From NCBI GenBank assembly GCA_036559745.1, contig DATBSO010000043.1, forward strand, positions 1,833 through 65,832: DNA of 64,000 bases, read 5' to 3'. Position 1 is the first letter of the stretch. The number at the start of each line of letters is the position of its first letter. Both the position numbers and the translations under genes were made by a program. Of the stretch, positions 1 to 9,819 are shown piece after piece. The stretch comes from Gemmatimonadales bacterium (GTDB taxonomy: Bacteria; Gemmatimonadota; Gemmatimonadetes; Gemmatimonadales; GWC2-71-9). The notes beneath the pieces were generated by a model that saw nothing but the letters and a program-made list of their open reading frames with translations, was not told the DNA's origin and did not search any database.

Positions 1-987
1 CACCGCGTCGCCCAGCCCCTCGGCGGGGTCCACCCGGACGACCGGGCGCCACATCTCCCCCAGCGAGCGGCGCGAGAGCACGGTGTCGTAGAGGCGGGCC
101 GTCGCGCTGTCGCCGCGAGTGGCACCTGCGAGGAAGGTGAGATAGAGCGCGAGATCGGAGAGCGGCGCGTTCCATCCGCTGTTCGGCCTGGTGATGCCGG
201 GATCGAAGTCCCGGCCGTTGGCGGTCACCGTCTGTCTCCCGGCGCTGTCCGCGCGCAGGGTGTAGTTGTTGGACCGCCAGCGGGAGAGGTGATACGGCGT
301 TGCGCCGAAGTAGCTGCGGGTCAGTCCCAACGGCGTCCAGATGTTTTTCTGGATGTAGGTCTCGTAGGGGTCGCCCGTGATCTGCTCGATGATCCGCGCG
401 AGATAGATGAAGGCGGGGTTGCTGTAGCCGAATCGCGAGCCGGGGGCGAACAGGAGCTCCTGGTACGGCATCATGGACACGAGCTGTTCCCACCGGGTGG
501 GCTCGAACGGCTCCCACGGCTTGCCGGACGTGTAGGGCCAGGTGGGATTCTGAAAGCCGCTCGAGTGAGAGAGCAGCATCCGGATGGTGACGGCGTCGAT
601 CGAGCCGAAGGCGTCGTGGACCTGACGGAGCTCGGGCACCCATTTGGTGACCCGATCGTCGAGCGACAGCTTGCCCCGGTCGCGAAGCTGCATGATCGCG
701 ATGGCGGTGAGCGTCTTGGTGATCGAGGCCCAGTGAACGATCGTGCGATCGCTCATGGCGTCGTGGCGCTCGCGGTCGGCCTGCCCGTACTCGTGGTGGT
801 CCAGCACTCTTCCATCGCGCATGACCAGTACGGCGCCGCCCACGATGCTGTCGCCCGCGGCGAAGGCGTCGAAGGCAGTGGTGAAGTCCTGCCAGCCGGT
901 AGGAGGAGCCGACGTTCGCTGCGCGAGGATCGACGAGGGCGCCAGGAGTGTCGCAAGGACGGCGGCGGTAAAATGCACTGATGGCAT
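1..987 (-). CDS. serine hydrolase, beta-lactamase/DD-peptidase family (C-terminus runs off the left edge)
   Basis: Minus-strand frame open from ATG at 987 to position 1; it is absent from the ORF track because it has no stop in the window. My translation is MPSVHFTAAVLATLLAPSSILAQ (signal peptide) ... HWASITKT (Ser-x-x-Lys) ... FGYSNPAF (Tyr-Ser-Asn). The 289..981 plus-strand ORF is its mirror frame. Confidence 0.8.
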   Translation of the reverse strand, partial: MPSVHFTAAVLATLLAPSSILAQRTSAPPTGWQDFTTAFDAFAAGDSIVGGAVLVMRDGRVLDHHEYGQADRERHDAMSDRTIVHWASITKTLTAIAIMQLRDRGKLSLDDRVTKWVPELRQVHDAFGSIDAVTIRMLLSHSSGFQNPTWPYTSGKPWEPFEPTRWEQLVSMMPYQELLFAPGSRFGYSNPAFIYLARIIEQITGDPYETYIQKNIWTPLGLTRSYFGATPYHLSRWRSNNYTLRADSAGRQTVTANGRDFDPGITRPNSGWNAPLSDLALYLTFLAGATRGDSATARLYDTVLSRRSLGEMWRPVVRVDPAEGLGDAV

Positions 988-1057
988 GGGTCCCAAATCT
1001 AAAGTGCACCGTAGCGACGCGTTGCCGCCGATCTCACCGAGCCGTACTTTCTTCGCC

Positions 1058-2545
1058 ATGCCCAAACCTCTCCTCGTTGACGGCGCCTGGGTGCCGGCCC
1101 GCGCCACCGCCACCCGCCAGATCCACAACCCCGCCACGCTGGAGCGGCTCGACACCGTGTCCGACGCAGGCGCGGAGGACATCGATGCCGCGGTGAAAGC
1201 GGCGAAGAAAGCCCAGCACGCCTGGTGGAAGACGCCCGGCGTCGAGAAGGGCAAGCTGCTGCACGACATCGCCACCAAGATCCGGGCGCACGAGCGGGCC
1301 CTCTCGACGCTCATGACGAGGGAAACCGGCAAGCCGCTCATCGAGGCGGTGGACTGCATCGACTGGGTGGCGGCGTGCTTCGACTACTACGCCGAGGTCG
1401 GGCGCCGGAGCTGGGGCAACTCGATGCCGCCCGTGCTGCCGCATCAGGTCAACTTCACCGTCAAGGAGCCCTTCGGCGTCGTCGCGGCCATCGTGCCGTT
1501 CAACTTTCCCCTGCTCCTCATGTCGTGGAAGGTGGCACCCGCGCTGATGGCGGGAAACACGCTGGTCTGCAAGCCGCCGCACCAGAACCCGCTCTGCAAC
1601 CTGCTCATGGCCGAGTGCTATGACGGGCTCCCGCCAGGCGTGGTGAACGTCGTGACCGGAGGCCCCGAGACCGGCCGACTGCTGGTGGAGCACCCGGACG
1701 TGGATCTGATCGCATTCACCGGCTCCGTCGCCGCGGGCCGCTCGATCGCCGCCACCGCGGGTGCGCATCTCAAGAAGGTCAATCTCGAGCTCGGCAGCGT
1801 CGATCCGCTCATCGTCTTTGCCGACGCCGACCTCGAGGCGGCCGTCGCCGGTGCGGCGTGGGCCCGGCTCCTCAATGCGGGGCAGGTCTGCACCTCGTCC
1901 AAGCGGATCTACGTCGAGCAGCCGATCGCGGCGGAATTCACCGAGCGGCTGATCGAGCATGTCCGTGGTCTCAGGCTGGGCGACCCGATGGACCCGTCGG
2001 TCGACATCGGACCCCTCATCTCCGACGAGGCCCTCACGACCGTCGAGCGGCAGGTCGAGGAGTCCGTGCGACAAGGCGCCACACTCTCCCTGGGAGGCTG
2101 CCGCGTGCAGCCGAACGGGCTCGGCGGACATTTCCTCGAGCCGGCGGTGCTCACCGGCGTACCCCACGGCTCACTGCCGACTACCGAGGAGATCTTCGGC
2201 CCGGTGGTCTCGATCACCGTGGCCCGGAATGCCGACGACGCGATCGCGCTGGCCAACGATTCCAAGTACGGGCTGGGCGCCAGCATCTTCACCGGCAGCC
2301 TCGCGACGGCCATGAAGGCGATGGAGAACATCAAGGCGGGCACGTTCTGGGTGAACGACCCGCTGACCGACAACGATGCGGGACCGTTCGGCGGCATGCG
2401 CTGGAGCGGAATCGGACGTGAGCTGGGCGAAGAGGGGCTCGACGCGTTCCGCGAGCCCAAGCACGTGCATCTCGACTACATCATGGAGCGGAAGTTCTAC
2501 TGGTACCCCTACCGCGACCGGCCGATCCCGCCGGCCCACTCCTAA
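1058..2545 (+). CDS. NAD(P)-dependent aldehyde dehydrogenase family protein
   Basis: ATG at 1058 inside the 743..2545 ORF (MPKPLLVDGAWVP...). ALDH motifs are KVNLELGSVDP (catalytic Glu region) and NAGQVCTSSKRIYV (catalytic Cys). Confidence 0.9.
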   Translation: MPKPLLVDGAWVPARATATRQIHNPATLERLDTVSDAGAEDIDAAVKAAKKAQHAWWKTPGVEKGKLLHDIATKIRAHERALSTLMTRETGKPLIEAVDCIDWVAACFDYYAEVGRRSWGNSMPPVLPHQVNFTVKEPFGVVAAIVPFNFPLLLMSWKVAPALMAGNTLVCKPPHQNPLCNLLMAECYDGLPPGVVNVVTGGPETGRLLVEHPDVDLIAFTGSVAAGRSIAATAGAHLKKVNLELGSVDPLIVFADADLEAAVAGAAWARLLNAGQVCTSSKRIYVEQPIAAEFTERLIEHVRGLRLGDPMDPSVDIGPLISDEALTTVERQVEESVRQGATLSLGGCRVQPNGLGGHFLEPAVLTGVPHGSLPTTEEIFGPVVSITVARNADDAIALANDSKYGLGASIFTGSLATAMKAMENIKAGTFWVNDPLTDNDAGPFGGMRWSGIGRELGEEGLDAFREPKHVHLDYIMERKFYWYPYRDRPIPPAHS

Positions 2546-2557
2546 CCCACCAGCGCC

Positions 2558-3223
2558 TCAGCGCCGCGTCGAGGCACGACGCCGGCGGGACCCCGGACGA
2601 AGAAAACGCACGCCCACTTCCGGACGACGACCTCGATTATAGGCGAGCTCGGCCACGATCAGGGTGAACGGCTCGAGATACCGAGCCATCTGGAGCACGC
2701 CGCAGTCCACCGGCTCGTAACCGAGTTGTCGAATCAGACGAGCGACGAGCCTGTTGGCCCGCGCGTCATCGCCGCAGTAACAGACGGCGGGCTGCTCGGA
2801 GAGAATTCCCGGGCCTGCGCGAAGCAGCTCCGACGGAATGGTGTTGAACGCCTTGACCACCCGGGCCCCTGGCGCGAGCCGAGCCACGCGCTCTCCCCCG
2901 GAAATGGTGCGGCCCAACACGAGCGCGGTGTCGGACTTGTTCATCGGGAGGGTGCAGTCGATCAGCACCTTGCCGCGAAGCCCGCCCGCGAGGCGCACGA
3001 CATGTGAGACCTTGCTCCAGTGCACCGCGAGCAGCACGGCATCCGCGCCGCGCACCGCCTCCGCCGGCGTCCCCGCGCGCGCCCGGGGTCCCCCGCGCCT
3101 TGCCAGACGCTCGAGCTTGGCGGGATCGCGCGAGTAGCTGAACGTGACCGCGTGCCCAGCCTCGGCGAACAGCTGCCCCAGCGCGGCGCCCATGAGACCC
3201 GATCCCAGAATGCCGATCCGCAT
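2558..3223 (-). CDS. NADP-binding oxidoreductase, F420-dependent NADP reductase / ProC-like fold
   Basis: N-terminal Rossmann motif MRIGILGSGLMGAALG. Length and overall pattern resemble the NADP oxidoreductase coenzyme-F420-dependent family. Start taken at the internal MRIGIL. Confidence 0.7.
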   Translation of the reverse strand: MRIGILGSGLMGAALGQLFAEAGHAVTFSYSRDPAKLERLARRGGPRARAGTPAEAVRGADAVLLAVHWSKVSHVVRLAGGLRGKVLIDCTLPMNKSDTALVLGRTISGGERVARLAPGARVVKAFNTIPSELLRAGPGILSEQPAVCYCGDDARANRLVARLIRQLGYEPVDCGVLQMARYLEPFTLIVAELAYNRGRRPEVGVRFLRPGSRRRRASTRR

Positions 3224-3272
3224 GCCTCGATTGTACACACCTCGGCCGGCGGGTGGGAGACGGGCCGCGACG

Positions 3273-4808
3273 TCAGGTAGCGCCGCGCGGCTTCCGTCCC
3301 AGCCAGGCTTCCCGCAACAGGAGCTGGTCAGGTGTCGGGTTCGAGTCGATCTCGAAGCGCACCGGATTTCCCGTCTCGTCCTCGATCAGGTGGATTCCGA
3401 GCTTCTCGTAGTACTCCTTGATCGGCAGGTGGTGTGACGAGAGCACGTAGTCGTCGAAGAACTGGCGGATGGCGGGATCAGTAAGCGTCACGAGCGTGTC
3501 CACGAAGGTGGACTCGGGAAAGGCGCGGCGTTTGCCATAGCGGTGCGCGAGCTGGACGATGAGATCCTGAAGGCCCCGTTGCCCATGCGACAGCTCGAGC
3601 AGCCGAATGTCGAGCAGGCCCGCCGTGAGCGCCCCGCGCATGTAGATGTTGCCGTACTGCGCCTGACCCGAGTCGCTGTAGGAGGTGAGGGCCAGCTCCT
3701 TCAGGCTATACGTCGAGTCGAACGCACTCTGGTCGAGGTTCATCTTCTGGATCATCCTGGCGAGATACTCCTCCGGCGTCTTGAGTCCGCCGCGAAGCTG
3801 CATCGTGTGCGCCGCCCATTCCGTCGTCCCCTCGTACAACCACAGGTGCTGCGACGGAACCGGAGTGACGAAATTGAAGTGCTCGATGATCTCGCTGTGG
3901 ATGTTGAGCGGCGTGACGATGTGAAAGAATTCGTGCGCCGCGATGTCGGTGACGATCTTGCCGAGTGAATCAGTGAACTCGGCTTCCTTGAGCACGTATT
4001 CCGAGCTGAGCGAATGCTCCCAGGCCCCGTTCGCCGTGTCGGTGAAGGCGTAGAGAAAGGTGTAGTGGGTCACGGGGAGGGTGCCGAGGAACTGTCCGGC
4101 GGCTTCCAGCATGCCATGCATCGCCGTGAGGAGCTGGGGCGACGTGATCTTGTTCGTCTGGCTGTAAGTGTAGATCGCCACCGGAACGCCCGTCACCCGC
4201 GTCTGCGCCGACGTGAGCCGCCCGAGCAGGATCGGCGAATCCACCAGCTCGTCGTAGTCCTTGGCTCCGTAGGTACCGTCCTTCGCGCGGACCAGTGCGG
4301 TCCCCACCCGCCATCGCGCGGGATACGAAAGCCGGAGCCGTACCGGCCTCGCCTGCATCCCCGTCGGATACCCGATCACCGCATGGGGGTTGATGAGGGC
4401 GTGATCGCTCTCGAGCGACGTGCCGCACATGAGATAGATCGGATGGTCGAGCTGGGTGTCCCACGTCTCGGCGATCGAATACCTGATGGTGCGGACCGCC
4501 GGCGCGTTCGACAGCTTCCATTGATTCACCGAGATCTGCTCGACCGGCACCGTCCGCCCCCGCCCGTCGAATGCCTCGAACCTCTTGACGAATCGTCCGA
4601 TGTTCATGACCTGGTAGGTACCCGGCGCCGTCGAGGCGAACTGGTAGACCGCGTTCTCCGGGGTGAGTCCCCTCACGGTCAACGTGACCTTGAACAGGTC
4701 GTCGGCGCGGTCATTCAGGTTGATGGTGTAGGCCAGCGGCGCCTGTTGCGCGGCGGCGGTGGTGGAGAGCACGGCGGCCATCAGGGCCAGCCAGGTGGCA
4801 CGGCGCAT
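3273..4808 (-). CDS. exported zinc metallopeptidase, M61 (glycyl aminopeptidase)-like
   Basis: Signal peptide MRRATWLALMAAVLSTTAAAQQ. Also HEFFH zinc motif followed by LYEGTTEW. Start at the internal ATG 4808. Confidence 0.65.
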   Translation of the reverse strand: MRRATWLALMAAVLSTTAAAQQAPLAYTINLNDRADDLFKVTLTVRGLTPENAVYQFASTAPGTYQVMNIGRFVKRFEAFDGRGRTVPVEQISVNQWKLSNAPAVRTIRYSIAETWDTQLDHPIYLMCGTSLESDHALINPHAVIGYPTGMQARPVRLRLSYPARWRVGTALVRAKDGTYGAKDYDELVDSPILLGRLTSAQTRVTGVPVAIYTYSQTNKITSPQLLTAMHGMLEAAGQFLGTLPVTHYTFLYAFTDTANGAWEHSLSSEYVLKEAEFTDSLGKIVTDIAAHEFFHIVTPLNIHSEIIEHFNFVTPVPSQHLWLYEGTTEWAAHTMQLRGGLKTPEEYLARMIQKMNLDQSAFDSTYSLKELALTSYSDSGQAQYGNIYMRGALTAGLLDIRLLELSHGQRGLQDLIVQLAHRYGKRRAFPESTFVDTLVTLTDPAIRQFFDDYVLSSHHLPIKEYYEKLGIHLIEDETGNPVRFEIDSNPTPDQLLLREAWLGRKPRGAT

Positions 4809-4975
4809 CGGATTCGATCCTGTCGACGTTAACGTGTGCGCAGAGATGGAATGAGCGTCTTCGGTTCTGCTGTGCTGGCAGTTCTCTGTGTCCTCAGCGT
4901 ATCTGTGGTGCAATACTGTCCTGAAAGTGACCCTAACGGGCAGGAGTGGAGCCAGGTTTCAAGCTGGGCTGGACG

Positions 4976-7237
4976 TCATGGGGCGAGATGGAGCCTGGCG
5001 AGGAGAGCCTGGAATCGAGGCGTAGACCTGAGGTCATCGAGGCGGGGATCGACCTTGAGGAACGCCATCTGGTGGGCGCGGTCGCGCTCGGCCTGCTCCA
5101 GCCAGCGCAGCGCCTCATCGGTATCACCCAGCTTCAACGTGATCAGCCCGAGATCGACGGCGGAGATGTACCGGGTGGTCCGCATCTCGAGGAGGCTCTC
5201 GAGCACCCGCTTCGCCTCGGTGGTCCGCCCCGCGCTGGCATATCCGTGGCCCAGGAAGCCCAATATGGTCGGGCTCCGGTTCGCCAGTCGGGCCGACACC
5301 TCGAACTCCGCCACCGCCTCGCCGACATCGCCACGACCCTCCAGCGCCAGTCCGAGCCAGCATCGTGAGACCACGAAGTCCGGATCCAGGGCCACCGCCC
5401 GCCGGCATTCGATCATCGCCTTGTCGAACTCGCGCGCAAAGTAGTAGCTCCACCCCAGCGCCGAGAGCTTGAGCGGAGACAATGGATCGAGCGAGATGGC
5501 GGTGGTGAATTCCGCCCGCGACTCGTCCGCGCGCCCCATGACGGAGAGAAAATTCCCGTACCACTGGTGCGCGGTCGAGTATCCGGGGTTGAGCGCGATC
5601 GCGGTTTGAAATTCGCGCTCGGCAGCCACCCAATCCCAGTCGTGATACATCTCGACATACGCGAGTGCCGGATGCGCCTCGGCCAGGTCCGGCTCGATCG
5701 AGAGCGCGCGATGTGCGGCCGCGCGCGCACGGGGGAAGGCCTCGGTGGGGGGCATCGCGCAATAGAAGCCGAGGATCGCGAAGGAGTCGGCAGCGCCGGC
5801 ATGGGCAAGGGCGTACTGCGGGTCGAGGGCGATGGCCTGCTCGAAGCACTCCAGCCCGCGCCGGAGATCCTGCTCCGTCCGCCGGTTCCAGAACTGCCGG
5901 CCCTTGAGGTAGAGCGTGTACGCCTCGAGATCGTCGGTCGGCGGCTTGACCAGAGTGGTCTGCGGTCCGCCGAAGAGCGTCACCTTGAGCTCGGCGGCGA
6001 TCGCGCGGGAGATCTCGTCCTGAATGGCGAAGACGTCGGTGGCGTCGCGGTCGAAGGTCTCGGACCAGAGGAGGTATCCGTCGGCCACCCCGATGAGCTG
6101 GGCCGAAAGACGGAGGCGGGCGCCCGCCCGACGGACGCTGCCCTCGAGCACCGTGCGCACGCCAAGCCGCGCGCCGATCGCGCGGATGTCCTGCTGCTGT
6201 CCTTTGAAGGCGAAGACGGATGTCCGGGCCACGACATGCAGTCCGGGCACCTTGGCGAGCGCATTGATCAGCTCGTCGGTCATGCCGTCGGCGAAGTATT
6301 CGTTGTCCGGATCGTTGCTCAGATTGGCGAACGGCAACACCGCGATGGAGCGTTCCCTGCTCGCGTCCCGTGCCGGTGCGGATACACCACCGGCCGGCGA
6401 CCCCAGCGCGCCGGCGAACGCGGCCGAGGTCGCAAAGCGATCGGCCGCCGCGGGGGCCAGGGCCCTCGCGATCGCCTCATCCACCGATGGGGGGATCTGT
6501 GGACGGAGCATTCGCACCGAGGGCACGGGGCCGGTGAGCCGCTTGGCGGCGAGCGATTGTGGGGTCGGGCCGGTGAACGGCGGCTCCCCGGCGAGCATCT
6601 CGTACAGCACGCAGCCGAGACTGTAGACGTCGCTCCGGGCGTCGAGCCGCCGGCCTCCGGTGGCCTGTTCCGGGCTCATGTAGGTGGGGGTTCCGAGGGC
6701 GACGCCCACGCCGGTGAGCGAGCCGTGTTCTCCCTCGCCGGTCGCCTCCATCACCGTCCGCGCTATCCCGAAGTCGGCCACGAGCGCGTGCCCGCGGGAG
6801 AGCAGAATGTTCTCGGGCTTGATGTCCCGGTGAATGACCGACTGCCCATGCGCGTAATGGAGCGCTTCGGCGACCTCGCGGGTGATGGCGACCGCGTCAT
6901 CGACCGGAAGCTGCACGTCGCGCCGCAGGCGATCCCGCAGCGATTCCCCGTCCACGAACGGCATGGTGAACCACAGGAGACCGTCGGCCTCGCCCGAGTC
7001 GTGGACCGGCAGGATGTGGGGATGCTGAAGGCGGGCAGCGATCCGGATTTCCCGGAGGAAACGGTCGGGACCGAGGGCGGCGGCCAGGTCGGGGTGCAGC
7101 ACCTTGAGCGCGACGTCCCGGTCGTGCTTGCGGTCGTGTGCCAGGTAGACCGTGGCCATCCCGCCACGTCCGAGCTCCCGGCCGATGACGTACTGTCGGT
7201 CGAGCGCCGACTCGAGACGCGAAATGATCTCTGCCAA
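4976..7237 (-). CDS. Ser/Thr protein kinase with TolB-like middle domain and C-terminal TPR repeats
   Basis: Hanks kinase motifs GRGGMATVY, VALKV, HRDIKPENILL, DFGIA, SPEQ. The middle segment SIAVLPFANLSNDPDNEYFADGMTDELI is followed by multiple TPR-like repeats. The upstream gene stops at 7249, so the start must be at or below 7248; the only in-frame start-like codon is TTG at 7237. Confidence 0.8.
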   Translation of the reverse strand: MAEIISRLESALDRQYVIGRELGRGGMATVYLAHDRKHDRDVALKVLHPDLAAALGPDRFLREIRIAARLQHPHILPVHDSGEADGLLWFTMPFVDGESLRDRLRRDVQLPVDDAVAITREVAEALHYAHGQSVIHRDIKPENILLSRGHALVADFGIARTVMEATGEGEHGSLTGVGVALGTPTYMSPEQATGGRRLDARSDVYSLGCVLYEMLAGEPPFTGPTPQSLAAKRLTGPVPSVRMLRPQIPPSVDEAIARALAPAAADRFATSAAFAGALGSPAGGVSAPARDASRERSIAVLPFANLSNDPDNEYFADGMTDELINALAKVPGLHVVARTSVFAFKGQQQDIRAIGARLGVRTVLEGSVRRAGARLRLSAQLIGVADGYLLWSETFDRDATDVFAIQDEISRAIAAELKVTLFGGPQTTLVKPPTDDLEAYTLYLKGRQFWNRRTEQDLRRGLECFEQAIALDPQYALAHAGAADSFAILGFYCAMPPTEAFPRARAAAHRALSIEPDLAEAHPALAYVEMYHDWDWVAAEREFQTAIALNPGYSTAHQWYGNFLSVMGRADESRAEFTTAISLDPLSPLKLSALGWSYYFAREFDKAMIECRRAVALDPDFVVSRCWLGLALEGRGDVGEAVAEFEVSARLANRSPTILGFLGHGYASAGRTTEAKRVLESLLEMRTTRYISAVDLGLITLKLGDTDEALRWLEQAERDRAHQMAFLKVDPRLDDLRSTPRFQALLARLHLAP

Positions 7238-7248
7238 GGGTCCGCCTC

Positions 7249-8679
7249 TTACCGTTTCCGCATGGCTGATTCGATCTCGGCGATCTCGCGTGGTGCTTTC
7301 GACAGCCACTCCACGCCGGTCGACGTGATCGCGTAGTCGTCCTCGATTCGGATGCCGGTGCTGTTGTACCGCTCGACGGCGGCACGGACCTTGGCGATCA
7401 TCTGCCGGTTCTTCGGCGTGTCCGCCAGCATGTCGAGGAGCCTGGTGCTCACGTAGATTCCCGGCTCGATCGTGAACACGTCGCCGGGCGCGAAGGTCCC
7501 GTTCTCGATCCAGGCGTACGGGTGATCGTGCACGTCGAGGCCGATCCCGTGGCCGAGCCCGTGCGCCATGTAGAGAAAATCCTGCCGGCACCGCGATGCG
7601 TCCTGCTGACAGGTATCCGCCCACGGCGGATCGAACGTCGCATCCCCCCCCTCGGTGAGACCGAGCTGCGCGACCCCTCGCGCGATCACGGCGCGCGCGG
7701 AATCTCGCCACGCCTGATAGGGTGCGCCGGGACCCGCGACCCGCGCGGCGGCTTCCTGCGCGTTGCGGACGATCTGATACACCGCGCGTTGCTCCGGCGT
7801 GAACCGGCCGCTGACGGGCACGGTGCGCGTAACGTCCGCGGCATAACCGCCGAATCCGGCTCCGACGTCCATCACCAGCACATCGCCGGCAGCCATGCGG
7901 CGATCGTTGGCATTGTAGTGGTACTGGGTAGAGTTGGGTCCCGACCCGATGATCGAGACGAACGCCGGACCGTCGCCGCCGGTCCGTCTGAAGGCGGACT
8001 GAAAGAACGCTTCGATCTCGTACTCGAACTTCCCCGGCCGCACCGTCTGCATCGCTTCACGATGGGCGTCGACCGTCAGGCCGATCGCCCGGCGCAGCAT
8101 GGCCAGCTCCGCGGGACTCTTGCGCGCGCGGAGACTGTCGACGACCGGGTGTGCATCGCGCGGTGCAAGGCCCGGGTGGGCTGCGGCCAGGGCGCGCACG
8201 AAGCTGGCCCCCCGGGTGAGCGAGTCTTCGGTGGCGTAATCGGAGTTGGAGAAATCACGCAGTGTATAAAAGGGAAGACCGGCGCCAGCCAGCGAATCGA
8301 GCACGGAGCGCAGCGCGGCGAACGACCGCGCCGCGAGGCCGGTGGTGCGCGCAATGGCGGCCGAGTCGGGCGGGAATCCATCGTACAGCTTGCGGCGCGG
8401 GTCCCGGGCCTGGATGAAGAGGGTGCCGGCGCTCCGGTGGCCCCGGATCACGAGCACGAGCGCGGCGTCGGGCTCGAGAAAGCCGGTGAGATAGCGGAAC
8501 GCCGGCAGCTGCGACGGCCGGGAGAAGCCGGTGGGCGCCGGAGCGCCGAAGGCGACGACGACGGCGCTGTCGAGCCGTCCCGCCAGCGAGTCCCGCCGGG
8601 CGGCGTATTCGGTGGCGGGAATCGACTGGGCGGCGAGCGCGCCCGGGGCCAGGAGAACAAGGAGCGTGGGTATCCGCAT
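7249..8679 (-). CDS. pepP: Xaa-Pro aminopeptidase (M24B), exported
   Basis: Signal peptide MRIPTLLVLLAPGALAAQ. M24 metal-ligand motifs are VLVMDVGAGFGGYAADVTR, HGLGHGIGLDVHD, TIEPGIY and IRIEDD. Confidence 0.85.
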   Translation of the reverse strand: MRIPTLLVLLAPGALAAQSIPATEYAARRDSLAGRLDSAVVVAFGAPAPTGFSRPSQLPAFRYLTGFLEPDAALVLVIRGHRSAGTLFIQARDPRRKLYDGFPPDSAAIARTTGLAARSFAALRSVLDSLAGAGLPFYTLRDFSNSDYATEDSLTRGASFVRALAAAHPGLAPRDAHPVVDSLRARKSPAELAMLRRAIGLTVDAHREAMQTVRPGKFEYEIEAFFQSAFRRTGGDGPAFVSIIGSGPNSTQYHYNANDRRMAAGDVLVMDVGAGFGGYAADVTRTVPVSGRFTPEQRAVYQIVRNAQEAAARVAGPGAPYQAWRDSARAVIARGVAQLGLTEGGDATFDPPWADTCQQDASRCRQDFLYMAHGLGHGIGLDVHDHPYAWIENGTFAPGDVFTIEPGIYVSTRLLDMLADTPKNRQMIAKVRAAVERYNSTGIRIEDDYAITSTGVEWLSKAPREIAEIESAMRKR

Positions 8680-8764
8680 GACGGCTCTCGTCGGGAGTCG
8701 GGTGGACGATAGAGCGACGCGGTGGCTGGAGGAAGGGCGGGTGCCGTTCGATACTTGACATCGG

Positions 8765-8778
8765 CAATCAATTGATTG
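8765..8778. promoter_or_regulatory. perfect 14-bp palindrome CAATCAATTGATTG, candidate MarR operator
   Basis: Read directly in the pepP / MarR-GNAT divergent intergenic region, 11 nt upstream of the MarR-GNAT ATG. It is flanked by TTGACA (8755-8760) and TTGAC (8776-8780). Confidence 0.5.
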
Positions 8779-8788
8779 ACGTTGGCAT

Positions 8789-9724
8789 ATGCCCGAGACT
8801 CTTCCGGTCGATGCCGTCCGGCGCTTCAATCGCTTCTACACCCGCCGCATCGGTGTCCTCAACGAGCGCCTGCTCGGCAGCGGGTTCAGTCTTCCCGAGG
8901 TCCGCCTCCTGTACGAGTTGGCCCACCGCGACGGCCCCACCGCGACCGAGCTGGGCCGGGAGCTGCGACTGGACCCGGGTTATCTGAGCCGTCTGGTCTC
9001 CCGTCTCCGCCGCCGCGGGGTCCTGGAGCGACGGCCCGCCGCCACCGACCGGCGGCAGCGCATACTCCAGCTCACCCGGAAGGGACGTGAGATCTTTGTC
9101 GGACTCGACCGCCGGTCTCACGACGAGATCGCCGCGATGCTCGGCCCGCTCGGGCCAACCGACCGGGGCCGCCTGGTCGAAGCCATGGGCCGGATCGAGA
9201 CACTCCTCGGCGACTCCATTCCGCGCGCGGAGCCGTACCTTCTCCGTCCGCACCACCCCGGCGACATGGGCTGGGTTATCCAGCGTCACGGGGCGATCTA
9301 CGCGGAGGAGTACGGCTGGAACGGGGAGTTCGAGGCTCTCGTCGCGGAGATCGCGGCCCGGTTTCTCCGCCACGTCGACGCGAGCCGCGAGCGCTGCTGG
9401 ATCGCCGAGCGCGACGGCCGGAACGTGGGCAGCGTCTTCCTGGTGAAAAAATCTGCAGCGGTCGCCCAGCTCCGGCTCCTCCTGGTGGAGCCATCGGCCC
9501 GAGGGCTGGGTATCGGCGGGCGGCTAGTGGCCGAGTGCGTCCGGTTCGCCCGGCAGACGCAGTACCGCAAGATCACCCTCTGGACCAACAAGGGGCTCGA
9601 CGCCGCTCGGCACCTCTATGAGGAGGCCGGGTTCCGGCTGGTGGCGGAGAAGCCGCATCACAGTTTCGGCCACGATCTCGTCTCGCAGACCTGGGACCTA
9701 ACGCTCCACTCCCTCGCATCCTGA
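8789..9724 (+). CDS. MarR-family HTH regulator fused to GNAT N-acetyltransferase
   Basis: The N-terminal half has the winged-helix pattern (LPEVRLLYELAHRDGPTATELGRELRLDPGYLSRLVSRL ... DRRQRILQLTRKG). The C-terminal half has the GNAT acetyl-CoA motif LLVEPSARGLGIGGRLV and YEEAGF. Confidence 0.85.
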   Translation: MPETLPVDAVRRFNRFYTRRIGVLNERLLGSGFSLPEVRLLYELAHRDGPTATELGRELRLDPGYLSRLVSRLRRRGVLERRPAATDRRQRILQLTRKGREIFVGLDRRSHDEIAAMLGPLGPTDRGRLVEAMGRIETLLGDSIPRAEPYLLRPHHPGDMGWVIQRHGAIYAEEYGWNGEFEALVAEIAARFLRHVDASRERCWIAERDGRNVGSVFLVKKSAAVAQLRLLLVEPSARGLGIGGRLVAECVRFARQTQYRKITLWTNKGLDAARHLYEEAGFRLVAEKPHHSFGHDLVSQTWDLTLHSLAS

Positions 9725-9819
9725 GAGAACCACCCGGCGCACCAGGTGCGTCGATCATTGTCATCCAATGACTTGCAGCGCGTCACACGGCGGCACATCG
9801 ATTGCCCTTGTGGCGCCGC

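Noticed and set aside
4826-4835. 10-bp palindrome ACGTTAACGT just upstream of the M61-like peptidase start
   Set aside because: It is short enough to arise by chance and has no partner regulator nearby. Recorded only.
5567-7336. 589-aa plus-strand ORF opposite the Ser/Thr kinase. Similar long mirror ORFs are 289..981, 38562..40484, 40490..41692, 46893..47882, 51122..52531, 21909..23210, 44064..45077 and 25778..26890
   Set aside because: Each lies antisense to a gene with clear catalytic motifs. Each has an Arg/Gly/His/Pro-heavy composition and no recognisable domain.
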